DNA from: Octopus vulgaris
Lineage: Eukaryota
Reading direction: 5' to 3'
Assembly (NCBI GenBank): GCA_951406725.2
Contig: OX597820.1
Location: 54,994,001-55,058,000, forward strand
DNA length: 64,000 nucleotides
The translations under genes were made by a program, and so were the position numbers. Shown piece by piece: positions 40,281-54,313 of the stretch; position 1 is the first letter of the stretch, and every line of letters begins with the position of its first letter. The notes below the pieces were generated by a model. That model saw only the letters and a list, made by a program, of their open reading frames with translations, was not told where the DNA came from and searched no databases.

Positions 40281-40869
40281 GGTGGTTGTCTACTCTTTAT
40301 GCATAGTTTGAGCATCTCCTGTACCTACACCTCAGCACCATCATGGCGTCTGATGTGGCTTTTTAAACCAGACAATGTTCTGAAAAGACACCCACATAGA
40401 TTGCACATCTGATGTGGACCACCAAGAGCTGCAGATAAGTTCTGATCTTTGTGGATCTTAAGATGTCTTTTGAGGCCTCTGTTGGATTTGCAAACCTTCT
40501 AGCATACACTGCATTCGAAGGTGTGCACAGACATATAGGCAGAATAGTTGGTGGAGGTTCGTTTTCCATGGGTTCACAGATGAGATTTGAGCCCAGCAAG
40601 AGACAGGCATGGTCTGTCACAAACTGTGCACACAAAAGGTCATTGTCATTTACCTTCTTGATCACAACATTCTTCCTTAGATCTCTTTTGAGTTATCCTG
40701 GCCTCTTCAAATGCTTTCACTCCACTCCACACTTTTGTTCTCCATCCAACTTGATTGGAAGCAAGAGTTTCTATGTTTTCTGAATCCATTCCAAGGGACT
40801 TCATAGTAGTCCTTATGCCAGCCTTAAACCTTTTTTTAAGTTTATGCCGTTTCTCCTCTGCAAGTTCAC
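40281..40869 (-). mobile_element. RTE-type LINE, non-inverted 3' segment
   Basis: Minus strand: (G)ELAEEKRHKLKKRFKAGIRTTMKSLGMDSENIETLASNQVGWRTKVWSGVKAFEE, then C2H2-like C..CGCLFRTLSGLKSHIRRH; ends in (TA)n. Confidence 0.8.
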
Positions 40870-41236
40870 AAAAGGATGGAAAAATACAGGTGCGAATTAA
40901 AAGGGCAGCAAAAGCATTTGGTGGCTTGGAGTCACATGTTTGGTGCCAGTGATGTATAAATGAGAATACAAAGCTGGCTCTTTACAAATCATTTGTCTTA
41001 CCATCCCTGTTGTAATCTTGTGAAACATGGACTTGTTATGAAAGGCATTTTAAATTGTTAGAACAATTCCACCAAAAATGCCTTCATTGCATTTTAAACA
41101 TTAAATGGAGTTCTTTTACTCCATTGCATCTGCTGACATCACCTCAATTAAAGCTATGATTTTGAGGAGCCAAATGATATGGTGTGGCCATATTGTTCGA
41201 ATGGTTGATGAACGCATGCCAAAAAAGCTGTTTTAT
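40870..41236 (+). mobile_element. RTE-type LINE, inverted upstream segment
   Basis: IQVRIKRAAKAFGGL...TKLALYKSFVLPSLL*SCETWTCYERHFKLLEQFHQKCLHCILNIKW...WCGHIVRMVDERMPKKLFY, typical RTE/BovB-like post-RT region. Confidence 0.85.
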
Positions 41237-41249
41237 ATATATATATATA

Positions 41250-41805
41250 CATGAGCAAAACGCCCTCCTCCCACCCGTCCAATGGACGGTGCTGAATCAT
41301 ATCTGCTGAATAAAAAGCAATTAGTGTTTTCTTTTCATTAAAAATAATTAAGCATGCCTTTATTTCAATAAAATTTTTGGTTTTGTTAAATGAAGTTAAG
41401 GCAAAAAAAAACTTCTTGAGAAACCAAATAGTCTTTCCTTCATGCGAAGTTTGAAGAAAATATCTCTTTTGCATCTTACTTTTTTGGTCTCTTAAATATA
41501 CTGCATTTTGTGGCATTATTTCAAGCCAGCCAGTTTTTTTTTGCACAAACTGCATGTGCATTTTTCTCGTGTACGCATAGTATCGATCGCAACAGCTGAT
41601 GTACTTGTGCATACAAATGCACATTCCCATGGCTTTATCAATCGCATTCTCACCTGGAATCGTCTTTTGTAATTTTTTAAAGACTTATACACACCCTGAT
41701 ACCGTTGGTATCTACATGTCAAATTTGAGCGCAATCAGATGGAGGATGCCCGAGATCCTTGAAGACACACACACAGACAGACAGAACGGATTTTATATAA
41801 TAGAT
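41250..41805 (+). mobile_element. Possible non-autonomous Helitron/Helentron-like element
   Basis: CpG-retaining block with short hairpin (ccgtccaatggacgg) near one end and (CA)n(GACA)n followed by ttttatataatagat at the other, an end structure seen in DINE-1/Lep1-like elements. Confidence 0.4.
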
Positions 41806-44782
41806 TTCCGAATTTGTATGAATGTGTATAGAATAATATATCAGTTGAATAAAGTTAAAACATGGTCTGGTTTTCACATTTTTTTTATTATGGTATTTTA
41901 ACATCAAAAAAATATTTTGTAATGTTCATAAAGTTCAATTAGCACTTTCATACGTTCATAGTAATCATCAGATTTCAAAATGTATTTAACTGACAGTCAA
42001 GTTCTTGACAACTGTAGCACCTCTTAGAACACTCCAACAAGCTGAGTTTTTGGAATATGGTTTTGGCCAATCTGCTTGCAGCTTAAACATCATCGTTTTC
42101 TAAGCGTACTGATATTCTATAATTTGTTTATATTCAAATGTTAAAGATATTTTTTAATCCAGATCATTAACTGGTTGTTATTTCCGTTCAGAACAGGTTT
42201 GAACATTTTAATAAACTGTTTTTTTTTTATCTTTCTTCCAACCTCACTTGTGTTCTGTAGTTTGTGGAAAGGAAAAAATCATATATATAATATTATATAT
42301 ATATATATATAGCATGCATTATACTCTCAAAGTGGTTGGCAATATGAAGGGCATCCAGCCATAAAAACCATGCCATATCAGACTGGAGTCTGGTGTAGCC
42401 TTACATCTTGCCAGCCCTGGTCAAACTGCTCAACCCATGCCAGCATGGACAACAGACATTAAATGATCATAATGATGATGATCCATGTATATGTATGTAT
42501 ATTTGTATGCATATATGTATGTATATATATTATACACACATACACTCATCTAGTGTGTTTGCTCATTTGTTGTGAATAATGGCTGTACAAATGATGTTAT
42601 TTACTTGCAGTCAACTGCAAAAGCATGTTTGGTCTTCTTAACATGTTATGCGATGTTTGTAAAGAAAAGACTATTTCATGTGGTGTCATTTATTCTCAGC
42701 TCTCCATTTAAAAATGTTTGGATTCATTGTTCAACAAATTTATTATTAGTTCTCCTGGAAACAAGTGGGTGACAAGAATTGCATCTGGCCATAGAAAACT
42801 GCTGTAACATACTCATCTGACCCATTCAAGCATGGTAAACCAAATGTTAAATCATTGCTGCAGCTGCATTTGTTCATTTAAGATTCGATTTTTTTTTTTT
42901 TTACAGAATTTACTTAATTGTTCTTAATCTCAAAAAAAATGTTTCCATCTTCTTTAGTATAGAAACATTAGGGGGTTTTATCTCCAAAAAGTAGATACAA
43001 ATCAATGTTTGTAGTCATATTTTTTTATATTGATTAGCTTCTGTACATTTATTTTCATTTGAACCCTTCATGTTTCCAAACTCTATCCTCTGGATATGGA
43101 GTAAGTTATATGTTATATCACTGGGGCAATTTTTTTGTGTTTTTTTTTTTCATCCTTGCTTTTTATCCATCCCTAATACACTATCATTGGTACTGTGTTT
43201 TTTGTTTTGAATTTTTTTAATATTCCTATTTCTATTTCTAAATCTTAAAAAGTTTCTAAAATTAGAATTTCGTTCAAGGAGATATTTTCCTCAACCAAAT
43301 TTTGTAACATCTGTAAGAAAGCAAATGTTTCGTTATATTTTTGCTTCTGTTGTTATTGATAATGATGTCTGATCTCACTACTAGTCTGTACAAGTAGCTT
43401 CCATATTTTAATGTCTCTATCATTTTATTATTTTTGCTATGAAGTTGTGACAAAGACTCTTGAAGTTGATGTACAGTATAATAATTTGTGTGTGTATAGA
43501 CAATACTAGTCAATCTGAGATGATGAGGCCATACAAATGTTTCTTTGTAGGTTTCATACAGTACAAAGTCATTGTAGTTGTGGCTGTGTGGTAAGAAATT
43601 TACTTCCCTACTACAACTACATGGTTTGGGGTTCAGTCTCATTGCAGGGCACTTAGGGGTAGTATCTTCTACTACAGCCTTGGACCAATCAAAGCCTTGT
43701 GATTATGTTTGGTAGACATAAGAGTAGATGTTAAATGATGATGATATATATATGTTATTTTTTATTAATATTTAGTACAAGCAACAAGTGACTCAGTTGC
43801 TGAGAGTTTCATGCATTAGCTACTTATTAAATCTGTATATGTATATATGTATGAATGAATAAATGAATATCTCCTTGCTTTGACTTCATGTAATAGTTGT
43901 AAACATGTGTCACCATCATGTAAGCAGTGCCTGTCATTTTCAGCCTTCTGTAAAGTCATGTCTAGCCATGGGGGAATATTTCCTTATTTGGAAACAGCTG
44001 AGGGTTGCCAACAGGAAAAGCAGCCACCTGTAAAAAAAAAACCCTGCTTGACTCATACAAACATGGAAAAATGAACATTAAAACAATAATGATGCAATCA
44101 TTGCAGGTCATCTTGCTTACGGTTTTTGTTAGGTGTGCAAAGCAAGTGACTTAACATCTGGTGAGCTGTAATCGTTTATTAAATTCTTCCATAATATAAG
44201 TTTTTACAAAAGAAAGACAAAAAAAAAGAAAAAAAGTGGAAAAAAAAAGAAAAAAGTAAGAGAGAAAAAAAAACATCAATTCAGTACCGAGTTCTTCATT
44301 GGTTGCGCACCCATCTTGTATAACTGAAGCAAAATCTTACTGGTCTATGTTTGCTTCTCATGTTCTAATAGAGTACTGTTCATCAAAAGTCTTTCTTCTT
44401 ACCATGCTTTTCTAGGATCAATCCCTAAGTATGCCACCTTGGGCATGTGTCTTCTACTGTTGCAATAGATTGATCAAGATGTTGTGTATGAAATGTATGC
44501 ATGTGTTTTGCTACACAAAGCAATAGTTTGTAAATTTGAATTGAGCAGCAGGAAAGGCATTTCCAGATTACCAGCCTTTTGTTATTATTGTTGTTGTTGT
44601 TGTTGAAGAAGCTACTTCAGACAGACAGGCCCAAGATATTGATATATGTTTTAGCAAATCCTGGTAAAAGTGCCTTGGCCCTTTTCAGTTCAAATTTAAA
44701 TTTCACTGAAGCCTTCTGCATTTACTTGAACTATTGTTTCCTGTATTGAACTAATATTTAAAAACTGTGTTCTGTCTTTCAG

Positions 44783-44880
44783 ACTTGTGATAGTAATTTG
44801 AAACAAAAGACTGAAGTGGTTGCCAAACTAGAAGAGAAAACTGAACAACTAGTAAATACACTGAAAGAAATGGAGAAAAA
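44783..44880 (+). CDS. RUFY: Internal coiled-coil exon of a RUFY-family (RUN and FYVE domain-containing) gene
   Basis: tctgtctttcag|ACT...GAAAAA|gtgagt; 98 nt, phase 0 to phase 2; encodes TCDSNLKQKTEVVAKLEEKTEQLVNTLKEMEK. Aligns without gaps to the vertebrate RUFY2 segment [32 protein letters not shown] (recalled; 11/32 identical, most others conservative). Not in the ORF track. Confidence 0.85.
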
Positions 44881-45353
44881 GTGAGTCTTTGTTTTTTGTT
44901 TGTTTGTTTTTAAATTTTTTTTTTTCTATTTGAGTACTGTTCTTTTAAATTCTTGTCCTCGTTGTTCTTGTTACTGTTATAATTTCTTATTATCATCGTC
45001 AGCAGCATCATTGTTGTGTAAACATTTTATGATTGCTAAAAATCTTTCTACAACACTTCATAAATACACTTCCCTGAAGCAAGATATTTAGGGAAGAAAA
45101 TTTTTTTTTTTTTTATTACCATTATTATTATTATTAGTAGTAGTAGTAGTATATTTTCAATCTTTACGTTCTGAATTCAAATGCTGCCAAGGCTGACTTT
45201 ACCTTTCAATTTTTCGGGATCAATGAAATAAATACCAGTTGAGTACTGGGGTCGATGTTATTGACTTGCCTCCTCCCACAAAATTTCAGGCCTTGTGCCT
45301 ATTGTAAAAAGGATTATTATTAGGGAAGGATAGGAAAATAATAGATTTATAAG

Positions 45354-45620
45354 CCACGGGTATATGGCGTAGTGGTTAAGAGCGTGGACTACTAACCCCA
45401 AGATTCCAAGTTTGATCCCAAGCAGTGACCTGAATAATAATGATAATAATAATAATAATAATAATTATAATATCGAAAAATACCTTAGGAATGAGAACCC
45501 AGGTTTGAAATTTCCCCAAGACACCTGATGAAGGCTGGAGGGTATATCAACAAACAAGATGAGGACAAATATCTGTTAAGTGTAAATAATGTACATAATT
45601 CCTCATCTCTTAAATATAGA
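45354..45620 (+). mobile_element. tRNA-headed element with (AAT)n spacer and partial hammerhead core in the tail
   Basis: tggcgtagtggttaagagcg (A box)...aagtttgatccc (B box-like), (AAT)n, then acac-CTGATGA-aggctg at 45525. Confidence 0.55.
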
Positions 45621-45677
45621 ACTGTAATATTATTATTATCATCATCATTATTATTATTATTATTATCATTATTATTA

Positions 45678-45890
45678 AAGGCAGTGAGCTGAGACAATCA
45701 TTAGCGTGCCGGACAAAATGCTTAATGGTATTTCGCCTGTCGTTGAGTTCAAATTCCGCCAAGGTCGACTTTGCCTTTCATCCTTTTCAGGGGTCAATAA
45801 ATTAAGTACCAGTGAAATACTGGGGTCAAAGTAATCAACTAGTCTCCCTCCCACCAAATTTCAGGCCTTGTACCTTTTGTAGAAAGGATT
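45678..45890 (+). mobile_element. SINE family A copy
   Basis: ggcagtgagctg...gagttcaaattccgccaaggtcgactttgcctttcatcc...aagtaccagtg. Confidence 0.8.
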
Positions 45891-48800
45891 CATCTTCTTA
45901 TCATTAGGGTAGTGGATTGACAGAATTGCTAGAGCACTGTATTAAATGCCTTGCAGTTTATCATTTTGCTATTTATAATCAAATCCTGATGAGGTTAAAT
46001 TTAACCTTCATCTAGTCAGGTTTGATAAAATAAAGTACTTGTGAAGTACTGAAGTCGGTAGGATCAACTAACACTGTGCCATCAAAAATTTCTGACCTTG
46101 TGTCTAAACTGGAAACTGTTATTATTTATTAATGGTAGGTGACAGAATTGGTGAAGCATCAAATTTTGTTTTTAGACATTTTAAATGGTTTTGTTAAATT
46201 ATCTAATAATAATGATAATAATAGTTTCTTACATTAGTAAAAGATCACAAATTTTGTAGGGAAGGAGGATGAAAAAAAGACAGCTTCCAATGAAAGCAAC
46301 TTATTCTCTTTTGAAACAAAGAGGAGGCCTCAATTTTATCAATGACCTACAAGAAATAGCAAGTAATTGTCCCTCAAATGAAACCTCACCATCTTAAGGA
46401 AAGAAGAAAGGACACATTGAACCTTGATGTAAAAAAGAGACAGGATGGTCATAGTTGAAATACCTTTAATCATAGATCTGTTTGATCAGAATTGACTTGA
46501 AGCTAAACAACTGCAAACTATGACAACAACTTCAACCTACTCTCTTTCAAAAGAGAGAGAGAGAGTGTGTGTGTGTTAAGGCATATGGCCTACTGGTTAG
46601 AGTGTTGCACTCAAAGTCATGAAACAGTGGTTTTGATTCTTGGACCATGCATTGTGTTGTGTTCTTGATTAAAGCACTTCTAATACAAAGAGAATGGTGT
46701 AATTTCAATCACTTGTAAGCCATGAAACTGGATAACTGGTCTGATGAGTCCTAGGGTTCAATGGTATCTCCATGTATGTATAACATTACCAAAACCACAT
46801 CACAATGACCAAATTCTTGTTTAGAGTCAGAAAATACTTCAGCCCCTGATTAGTTTGCTCCCACATAGGAGAACGTCTATATGGGACAGTGCTGCTGTTT
46901 TTCATGAATAAAAGTATATTTACTGATTGGAATAAAAACTCACTCTTTAGAGTACGTGGGCTAAAACCACAGCGGTGCTGCTTCCTCTTTCTGCTTCTTC
47001 TTCTCTCACTACAATAATGTCTTCCATTTCTGTGAATCAGCAAGTTGCATACTCTATCTGTTGCATCCTCCTGTCTGACCCTATCTGTTGCATCTGCTGC
47101 TCTCACCTCCTTGTTACGGTTCCTGTATCCTCTTCCCCTAAACCTTACACTAAAAGCCTTTCTTAGTCTTTCTTTCCAGAACTGCAGCCCTTTGGGATTC
47201 ATTACCCCTTTCCTTTGAACTTTGAATTAAACAAGAGTCCCATTACACTGGAAGAGCCTACACATATCGTGGGTGTTAGCCTTACTCCTATGACTAAGTG
47301 ATGATATGAAGAAATAGATAATTGAATTGGCCCTATTACATTACTGGTATTTTTTTATGTTTGAAAAAGAATCCCAAAATTTGAATGCAGTCAGTATCTT
47401 GTATCTTTTATCATTTACTTAAGTCTTGAGACTATGGCCATTCTAGGGCACCACCTTGAAGAATTTTAGTTGAATAAATTGACCCCAGTTGTAGCTTTTT
47501 TTTAAAGTCTGGTACTTATTCTATCAATCTGTTTTGCTGAACTGCTGAGCTATGCACACATAAACACACCAACGCTGATTGTCAAATGGGAGTAGTGGAC
47601 AAACAGACACAAAGACATACATAGATATCTATGATGGGATTCCTTCAGTTTCCATTTACCAAATCTTCTCACAAGGTTTTGGTCAGCCTGAGGCTATAGT
47701 AGAAGACACTTGCCCAAAGTGTCACACAGTGTGACTGAACCCAGAACCATGTAGCTTGGAAGCAAACTCCTTACCACACAGCCACAAAATTTAATAATGT
47801 GATGCATTTTAGTCTGCACTCTACTGCTTTGGCCATCTACAAGAATTTTAAAGATTTCTAAAACCAGTCCAAAAGGCCATGTTTTTGTCGGGAAGATGTA
47901 GCAGGTAGTAAACTGAATGGCTATCATCATCATATTACTAATACTTATTTCATTGATTGAAGGGATGAAGGAAATAATGATCCCAGCTGATTCGATGTCG
48001 GAACAAAGGAAGATCAAAGTAAATATGAAATAGGTGTGGGGATTCAGTTTGTTGGCATGCTACCACTTTTATCACTCTACCACTGAAACTACTACTACTA
48101 CAATAATAATAATTATCATGAATCTCATAATAGTCATCATAATAAAGATGATGACATAAACATAGTCTCAACTTCCAATCCCACCCAGTCCCTTTCACCC
48201 TCCCCTCTCAGATTATCAAATTGACAAATTAATTTCTGATTTATGATCTCATTTATTTTCTTTATGATTATCAGCTCTAATTAACTATTCTGGTGTGCCT
48301 AAATATTTAATATTTAAAGTCTAATCACACAATCCATTTTGTGTGGTTCCTTCCAACACCACCACCACCACCATCACAGCAACAACAACAAAAAAAGAAG
48401 AAAAACCAGCAAATATTTTTTTAGGTTGAATATTTTTTTTGCTTGTGTGTTGCTTATTGTTTTTTGTTATTCCAAATCATAACCTGGGTCATCAAAATGA
48501 CTTTATGTGTACTACTACTACCACTGTTATTATTGTTATTTCTTCTGACTCATTACATTCTGAGTTCAAATCCCGCCAAGGTTGACTTTGCCTTTCATCC
48601 TTTCGGGGTTGATAGAATAATTACCAATTGAACACTAGGGTTGATGTAATCCCCTCCCCACAAACTTAGCCCCTCCCACACAAACTTATTGGCCTTGTGC
48701 CAAAATTGAAACCATTATTATTATTATCATTATTATTATTACTATTATCATGATGGTGAACTAGTAGAATCATTAGCACACTGAACAAAATGCTTAGTGG

Positions 48801-49467
48801 TACTTCATCTGTTGCTACATTGTGAGTTCAAATTCTGCTGAGGTCAACTTTGCCTTTCATCCTTTCAGGGTCAATGAATTAAGTACCAGTGAAGCACTAG
48901 GATCAGTGCAATTGACTAGTCCTCTCTCCCAAAATTTTAGGCCTTGTGCCTTTAGTAGAAAGGATTATTATTATTATTGATATCACATAGTATCCAATAT
49001 TATGATGTAGATTAAATATATTGTGTGTATCAGAGGTTTGTACTGTCTGTCAAGTCGCAACAAGGACCTCAGACAGACATTACTTTATGCAATATGCATG
49101 CAGCTCCAATTAAAGCCAATTTTTGCAATACACCAAGATTGTAGGGTATTTCTAAAGTGTCCCGGTGTTTCTTCAGATTGGGTGGTATTGAACTCAATGT
49201 TCTGATGACAGCAGGAACAACCTTTACATTTGACTCTTACAGCTGCCACATCTTAGCAATCTCAGTTCTCAAGTCTCTGTATTTGTCATTATTATTATTA
49301 TTTTGGCATTTCTTCTGGCTCATAACATTCTGAGTTCTAATTCCACCAAGATCAGCTCTACATTTCAAATCTCTGGATCAATAAAATATAATATCAGTCC
49401 ATTATTGGGATCAATGTAATTAACTGACCATTCCTCTAAAATTGCTGGCTTTGTGCCATAACTTGGA

Positions 49468-49501
<34 letters not shown>

Positions 49502-50055
49502 GTGAGAGCAGCGCATGCCATCAAAGTGACACTGGGGTACAAATATATGAAGCCCAATATATCCATCATGATTACATGTCCAATAAGAGTTCACTAGGTA
49601 CATGCACCACAACCATTTGTGCATGATATGGTGATATCATATAAAGATAAACAGCGCATGACCTTGCAGGTGGGGCCCAATTAGATTTCTTCAGGTCAAG
49701 TAGCCCATCCCACTCGAAAGGTCCCTGAATAAGGGTTGTTTAAGAATGTTGAATGAAACACCCATATCTCCAGAGGTGAATTATTCAGACCCCTAAAGAA
49801 TTCCTCTCAACATATGGCTATGATGCTCTCCCACTGCTTCTGCTTGTGATCAGAGATACACATATCATCAACCACCAAGGGACATGCTCAACTGGTTAAA
49901 GTCAAACAACTGACAAGCAAATCTGTGGTATTGAGCAGAATATTTGCTGTAGCCCATCTTTTACACCAAAACAAAGCATGTACATAATAGCACTTCCAAT
50001 CAGTTAAGATCAAAGGCCATGAGAGCCATTGCCTGGTACTGAATCAGGGCATTTT
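49502..50055. mobile_element. Unclassified interspersed repeat between (ATT)n tracts
   Basis: Higher-GC 550-bp block bounded on both sides by (ATT)n microsatellites, as expected for a microsatellite-targeting retroelement remnant; family not recognisable. Confidence 0.4.
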
Positions 50056-50086
50056 ATTATCATTATTATCATTATTATTATCATCA

Positions 50087-50142
<56 letters not shown>

Positions 50143-53100
50143 TTGTTGTTGTTGTTGTTATTTGGATTGGCAGAATTGTTAGAGCATTGGACAAACTGCT
50201 TTGTGCTATTTCTTTCAGCCCTATACAATCTGATTTCAAATCCTGCTGAGATCAACTTTGCCTTTCATCCTTTCGGGGTCAACAAAATAAAGTACCAATC
50301 AAGTATTGGGGTCGATGCTGTCATCTAATCCTCTCCCCTCAAAATTGACGTACTTGTGCCTAAATTGGAAGCTATAATTATTGTTATTGTTTAAATCTTC
50401 TTTATTTCTCTTCAACCAACACAGTTAGATTTCAGCAAACTCTGTATATTGTGTATTACTGATTATAAATATTTAATATAAGACGCAAGAGTTGTTTTGT
50501 TTTATTTTTTATTTTATTTTTTATGGAAGTTGGTCACTGTAGGAAGGCCTGTGCCTATGACCTTCTTCAGACTCTCCTACACTGGAAACATACATACAGC
50601 TGATGCCCGTCCAGCTTTATTTTCTACAAGAGAAACACGGGTGATGGGTAGGGGCTTGGTTTGATTGATCGTAATAGTGCAAACACTTCAAAAGATACCC
50701 AAAGACCACATGGTAAGGTTAAAACTGGTAGCATGTTAAGCCTACCACCCAAAAGATTAGAACAGATTAAAGCCATTATATAATTTATTTTTGAGGTTTT
50801 GCTTTTAAAGATCTTACTTGGGTCGCTTTTGGTTTTTTGGGCTCTCTTGGATGGACAAAACCAGCAGGTCCATGAAAAACTGGTAACAGGCCTATGGCAG
50901 ATGTGAAATGTAGGTCCTGTTTCAACTACTCTTCATATATTTTAATATATACTAAATGCTCATGATTTATATATGGCTACAGTCATATACATGAATATAC
51001 CTATACTGTACATGATGTACTTAAAAGCAATGGAAAAGAATAGAAGAATTAGAATGAGTTATAAAAATGATAATTCTTTATCAAAGGTTCATTGCTTTGC
51101 CTCTAACTGGCAAGAAAAGTCTCCATTAAAATTGTAGGCTCCTGCCTACTAGTCCAGCTGGACCCTGCTCTGCACAGACCTACAATTATGCTCCAGTGAT
51201 ATACAGGAGCTTGTTAGTTGATGTTTCCACACACTTCAGGGGTCAGTTGAACTAAAACTTCAGTGGATGTAAAACAAATCTATCTCTGCATAGGATGTCA
51301 TCCTATCACAACTCACTCAAATGTTCTAGCTTCTATTTCTGAAAGATAGAAATATTAAAGCATGTAGAATACAGCATGTTCTGCTATTCGGCACAATCAA
51401 ACACTGGCTGTGCATTTGTGAACTAGTGAAACACGACCTGGTAATCTAGTAGTAAATCCAATTCACTATTTTGTCTTGACTTCCAGTATTTTTCTATCTG
51501 TCTTTCTCTCTGTCTCTCCTTTTCCCTGACTTTATCTATCTTTCTGTCTCTTTCTTTGTATTTCTGTTTGTCACCCATTCCCTTTATCTTTCTACCTCTT
51601 TGTCTTTAAGTTGTCTTTAATTTCAGACTCTCTACCCATGCATGTTTTTCTATTTCTATCTTCCAGTCTCTTTCTGTCTCAGTGTGTCTGTTTTATTATC
51701 TCTGTCTGTCTGTTTCTCAATGTCTGTCTGAGTGGTCAGCATCTGAAGTCTATGTTTACCTGTTTTGTATGGAAGTCTCTTACTTTGCAGCTTCATTTCT
51801 CTTGAACACAAAACTGATGGTTCCAAATGTCTCAGTCATCTTAACCCCCTCTCAAATATCTTTTGTCATACAAAACATGTATGATTTATATGAATACATA
51901 AAAATCACTCAGGACTTCTTAAAATCTGTAATATTGGAAGTTAAGTTTTAGAAAATACTGATGCACAACTTCAAAATTTACCTACAATCACTTTAAGTGC
52001 TCCCCAGGAGGGGGAAAAAACCACTATCATTACAGCAAATCCCTCAAATGACTTGTACCATTTAGCACTACAGCATTAGATATTTACATGCCTAATGCCT
52101 GAAATGAGTTGTTAATAAGGTCGTTATTTTCCTGTCAATTAACTTAAGGCTCAAAGTACATATTTGTAATATTGATATGTCTACAATGTTTTAATCACTT
52201 TCATTTCTGTTTCTCATCATTTGTCTTAATTCTCTTATCAACCAAGAACTGGTTTAGTAGATAAAGAACATTGTTACCCTTAGTTTAAAAATAAAGATTC
52301 CTAGTTTGAATCCAACCTGTAACTATATGTAAGGCAATAACATGCTTGATGATGGCTGAAGATCACATTGTTCAAGAGACACAGCTGATAGTCCGGAAAA
52401 CAAGTAATCTTGCTTTTAGGTGGTAGAACCAGTAGTGCATCTGACAAAATAATTTTGTTTGGTTACTGTCCTCTTTTGTTTTGAATAAAACCCCTCGAGT
52501 TTATTTTTGTCTTTCATCTTTTCAATAAAGTTAGATACCAGCCAACTACTAATCATCATTTCTTGTCTCTATGTCAATGGGTTCTGCTTGAAACACTTCA
52601 AACATTTATCCTAAAGTGTGGGAAGGGAAAAAGCATCCAAGAGCTCAGGTTTGTTACTGGTTCTTATCAGGATTCAAACATAGTTGTCAGTGTATGTGAT
52701 ATAGGTCTAAAATAATTGTGTATTGAGGAGAGAAAGGTACCTGGCTCCTACATTTCCTCATTAGATATTCTCAGTTCTGTGAATTTCATGGCTACCAAGA
52801 AGAGGTGAACTTTTCAGACCTGGTTTCTGATGGAGGAGAAGTAACCCCTCCTTCATCTGTTCTGCAAGCCTTCTCTTAAGGTTAGCTTTCCTTCATTAGG
52901 ATCTCTTTTTTACTATTTTCATATTTTAATGCTACTCTCAACAATTGTCACCTAGTTTTTTTCTACATGCCTTCTTCACTGATGATTGGCATTTGAGTGG
53001 AATTACTGGTTGGAACCAAGAAAGGAGGTCTACTTCCATCTGCTAGGACATAACCCTGTATCTTTCTTTCCTTGGTACAAGATTGTTTTAGACCAATATG

Positions 53101-53449
53101 AAATACACTGACAGCCATGTTTGAATCCTAACAATGATCAGTTACGAATTATCTTGCTGGCTTCTTCCTGTTCTGGGAGGCTGAAGCAAAAGTGTTAGCA
53201 AATAGTTTCCCACCAGTTACATGCTTGAATTACGGGCAAAAAGAAAATATATGTACATATAACTGGATAAATAAATCATGAGTTGGAATGTTGCTTCAGC
53301 AGTGATGCACCAGCAAATGAAATTCAACTGTTTCTGATAAGCACTGGATCCAGTGAATGAGCTGCACACAAGTAAAGAAGGTTGCTTGGTGTTAGGTGTG
53401 ATAAATAGAAATTAACTGTTTAATGTTTTATAATCAGTAGCATCAGTAG

Positions 53450-53835
53450 GCTCAGGTGTGGCTGTGTGGTAAGAAGCTTGCTTCCCAACCACATGGTTCT
53501 AGGTTCAGTCCCACTGCATGGCACCCTGAGCAATTGTCTTCTACTATAGCCTCAGGCTAGCAAAAGCCTTGCAAGTGTATTTGGTGGATGGAAACTGAAG
53601 GAAGCCTGTTGTATACGTGTGTGTGTGTGTGTACTTCTGTGCATGTCTTTGTGTCTGTTTGTCCCCCCACCCCATCACTGCTTGATAACTGGTGTTGGTG
53701 TGGCAAAAGAAACCAATAGAATAATTATTAGGCTTTAAAAAAAATAATTCCTGGGGTCAATTTGTTTGACAAAAACTATTCAAGGCGGTGCTCCATCATG
53801 GCCACAGTCGAATGATTGAAGCAAATAAAAGAATC
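53450..53835 (+). mobile_element. tRNA-derived SINE family B copy
   Basis: Same head, core and tail as 28324-28760. Confidence 0.8.
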
Positions 53836-54282
53836 AACTAATGGGTGATTAGTCCTGTTGATTTCCATTGAAGGAAGCTGCAGAGGTACTTGGAAGGTCA
53901 GTGTTCTTGAGTTTTTCCAATAACATCTAGAAATAACTTCAGATGGGGATCAAATACTTATTTTCAAACTAAGATATATTTTTTAATGTCTAAAATTCTT
54001 GGAAATGAAGGCTAAATCTAAAAACTTTCATAACATTGATTTTTTAACAATAGCTCAAAACCAGATAAATTATTGGGAAGAGCCATGTTAATTCTAATGG
54101 ATCTTCAAGGTACTTCATAAATTCATACACCCTCTCTCTTTTGAAAGAAGAACTGTAAAGTCAACTCCAGTGGACTTGAAAGTTGTAGGCAAAAAGTTGT
54201 AACTACATACTACAAACTATTGTTTATTTCAGTATTCTACTTTCTTGCATTTACCATGCTGAGAGATCATTAGCAACACAAA

Positions 54283-54313
<31 letters not shown>

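Noticed and set aside
45357-45430. Functional tRNA gene
   Set aside because: Acceptor stem does not pair, the T-loop is degenerate, and it runs into a repeat tail; this is a SINE head.
46722-46765. Hammerhead at GAAAC...CTGATGAG
   Set aside because: Both boxes are present but there is no room for stem I and no convincing stem II pairing.
46786-47202. 138-aa minus-strand ORF with a short DATDRV duplication
   Set aside because: No recognisable domain or splice structure; likely a decayed repeat with a local 24-bp duplication.
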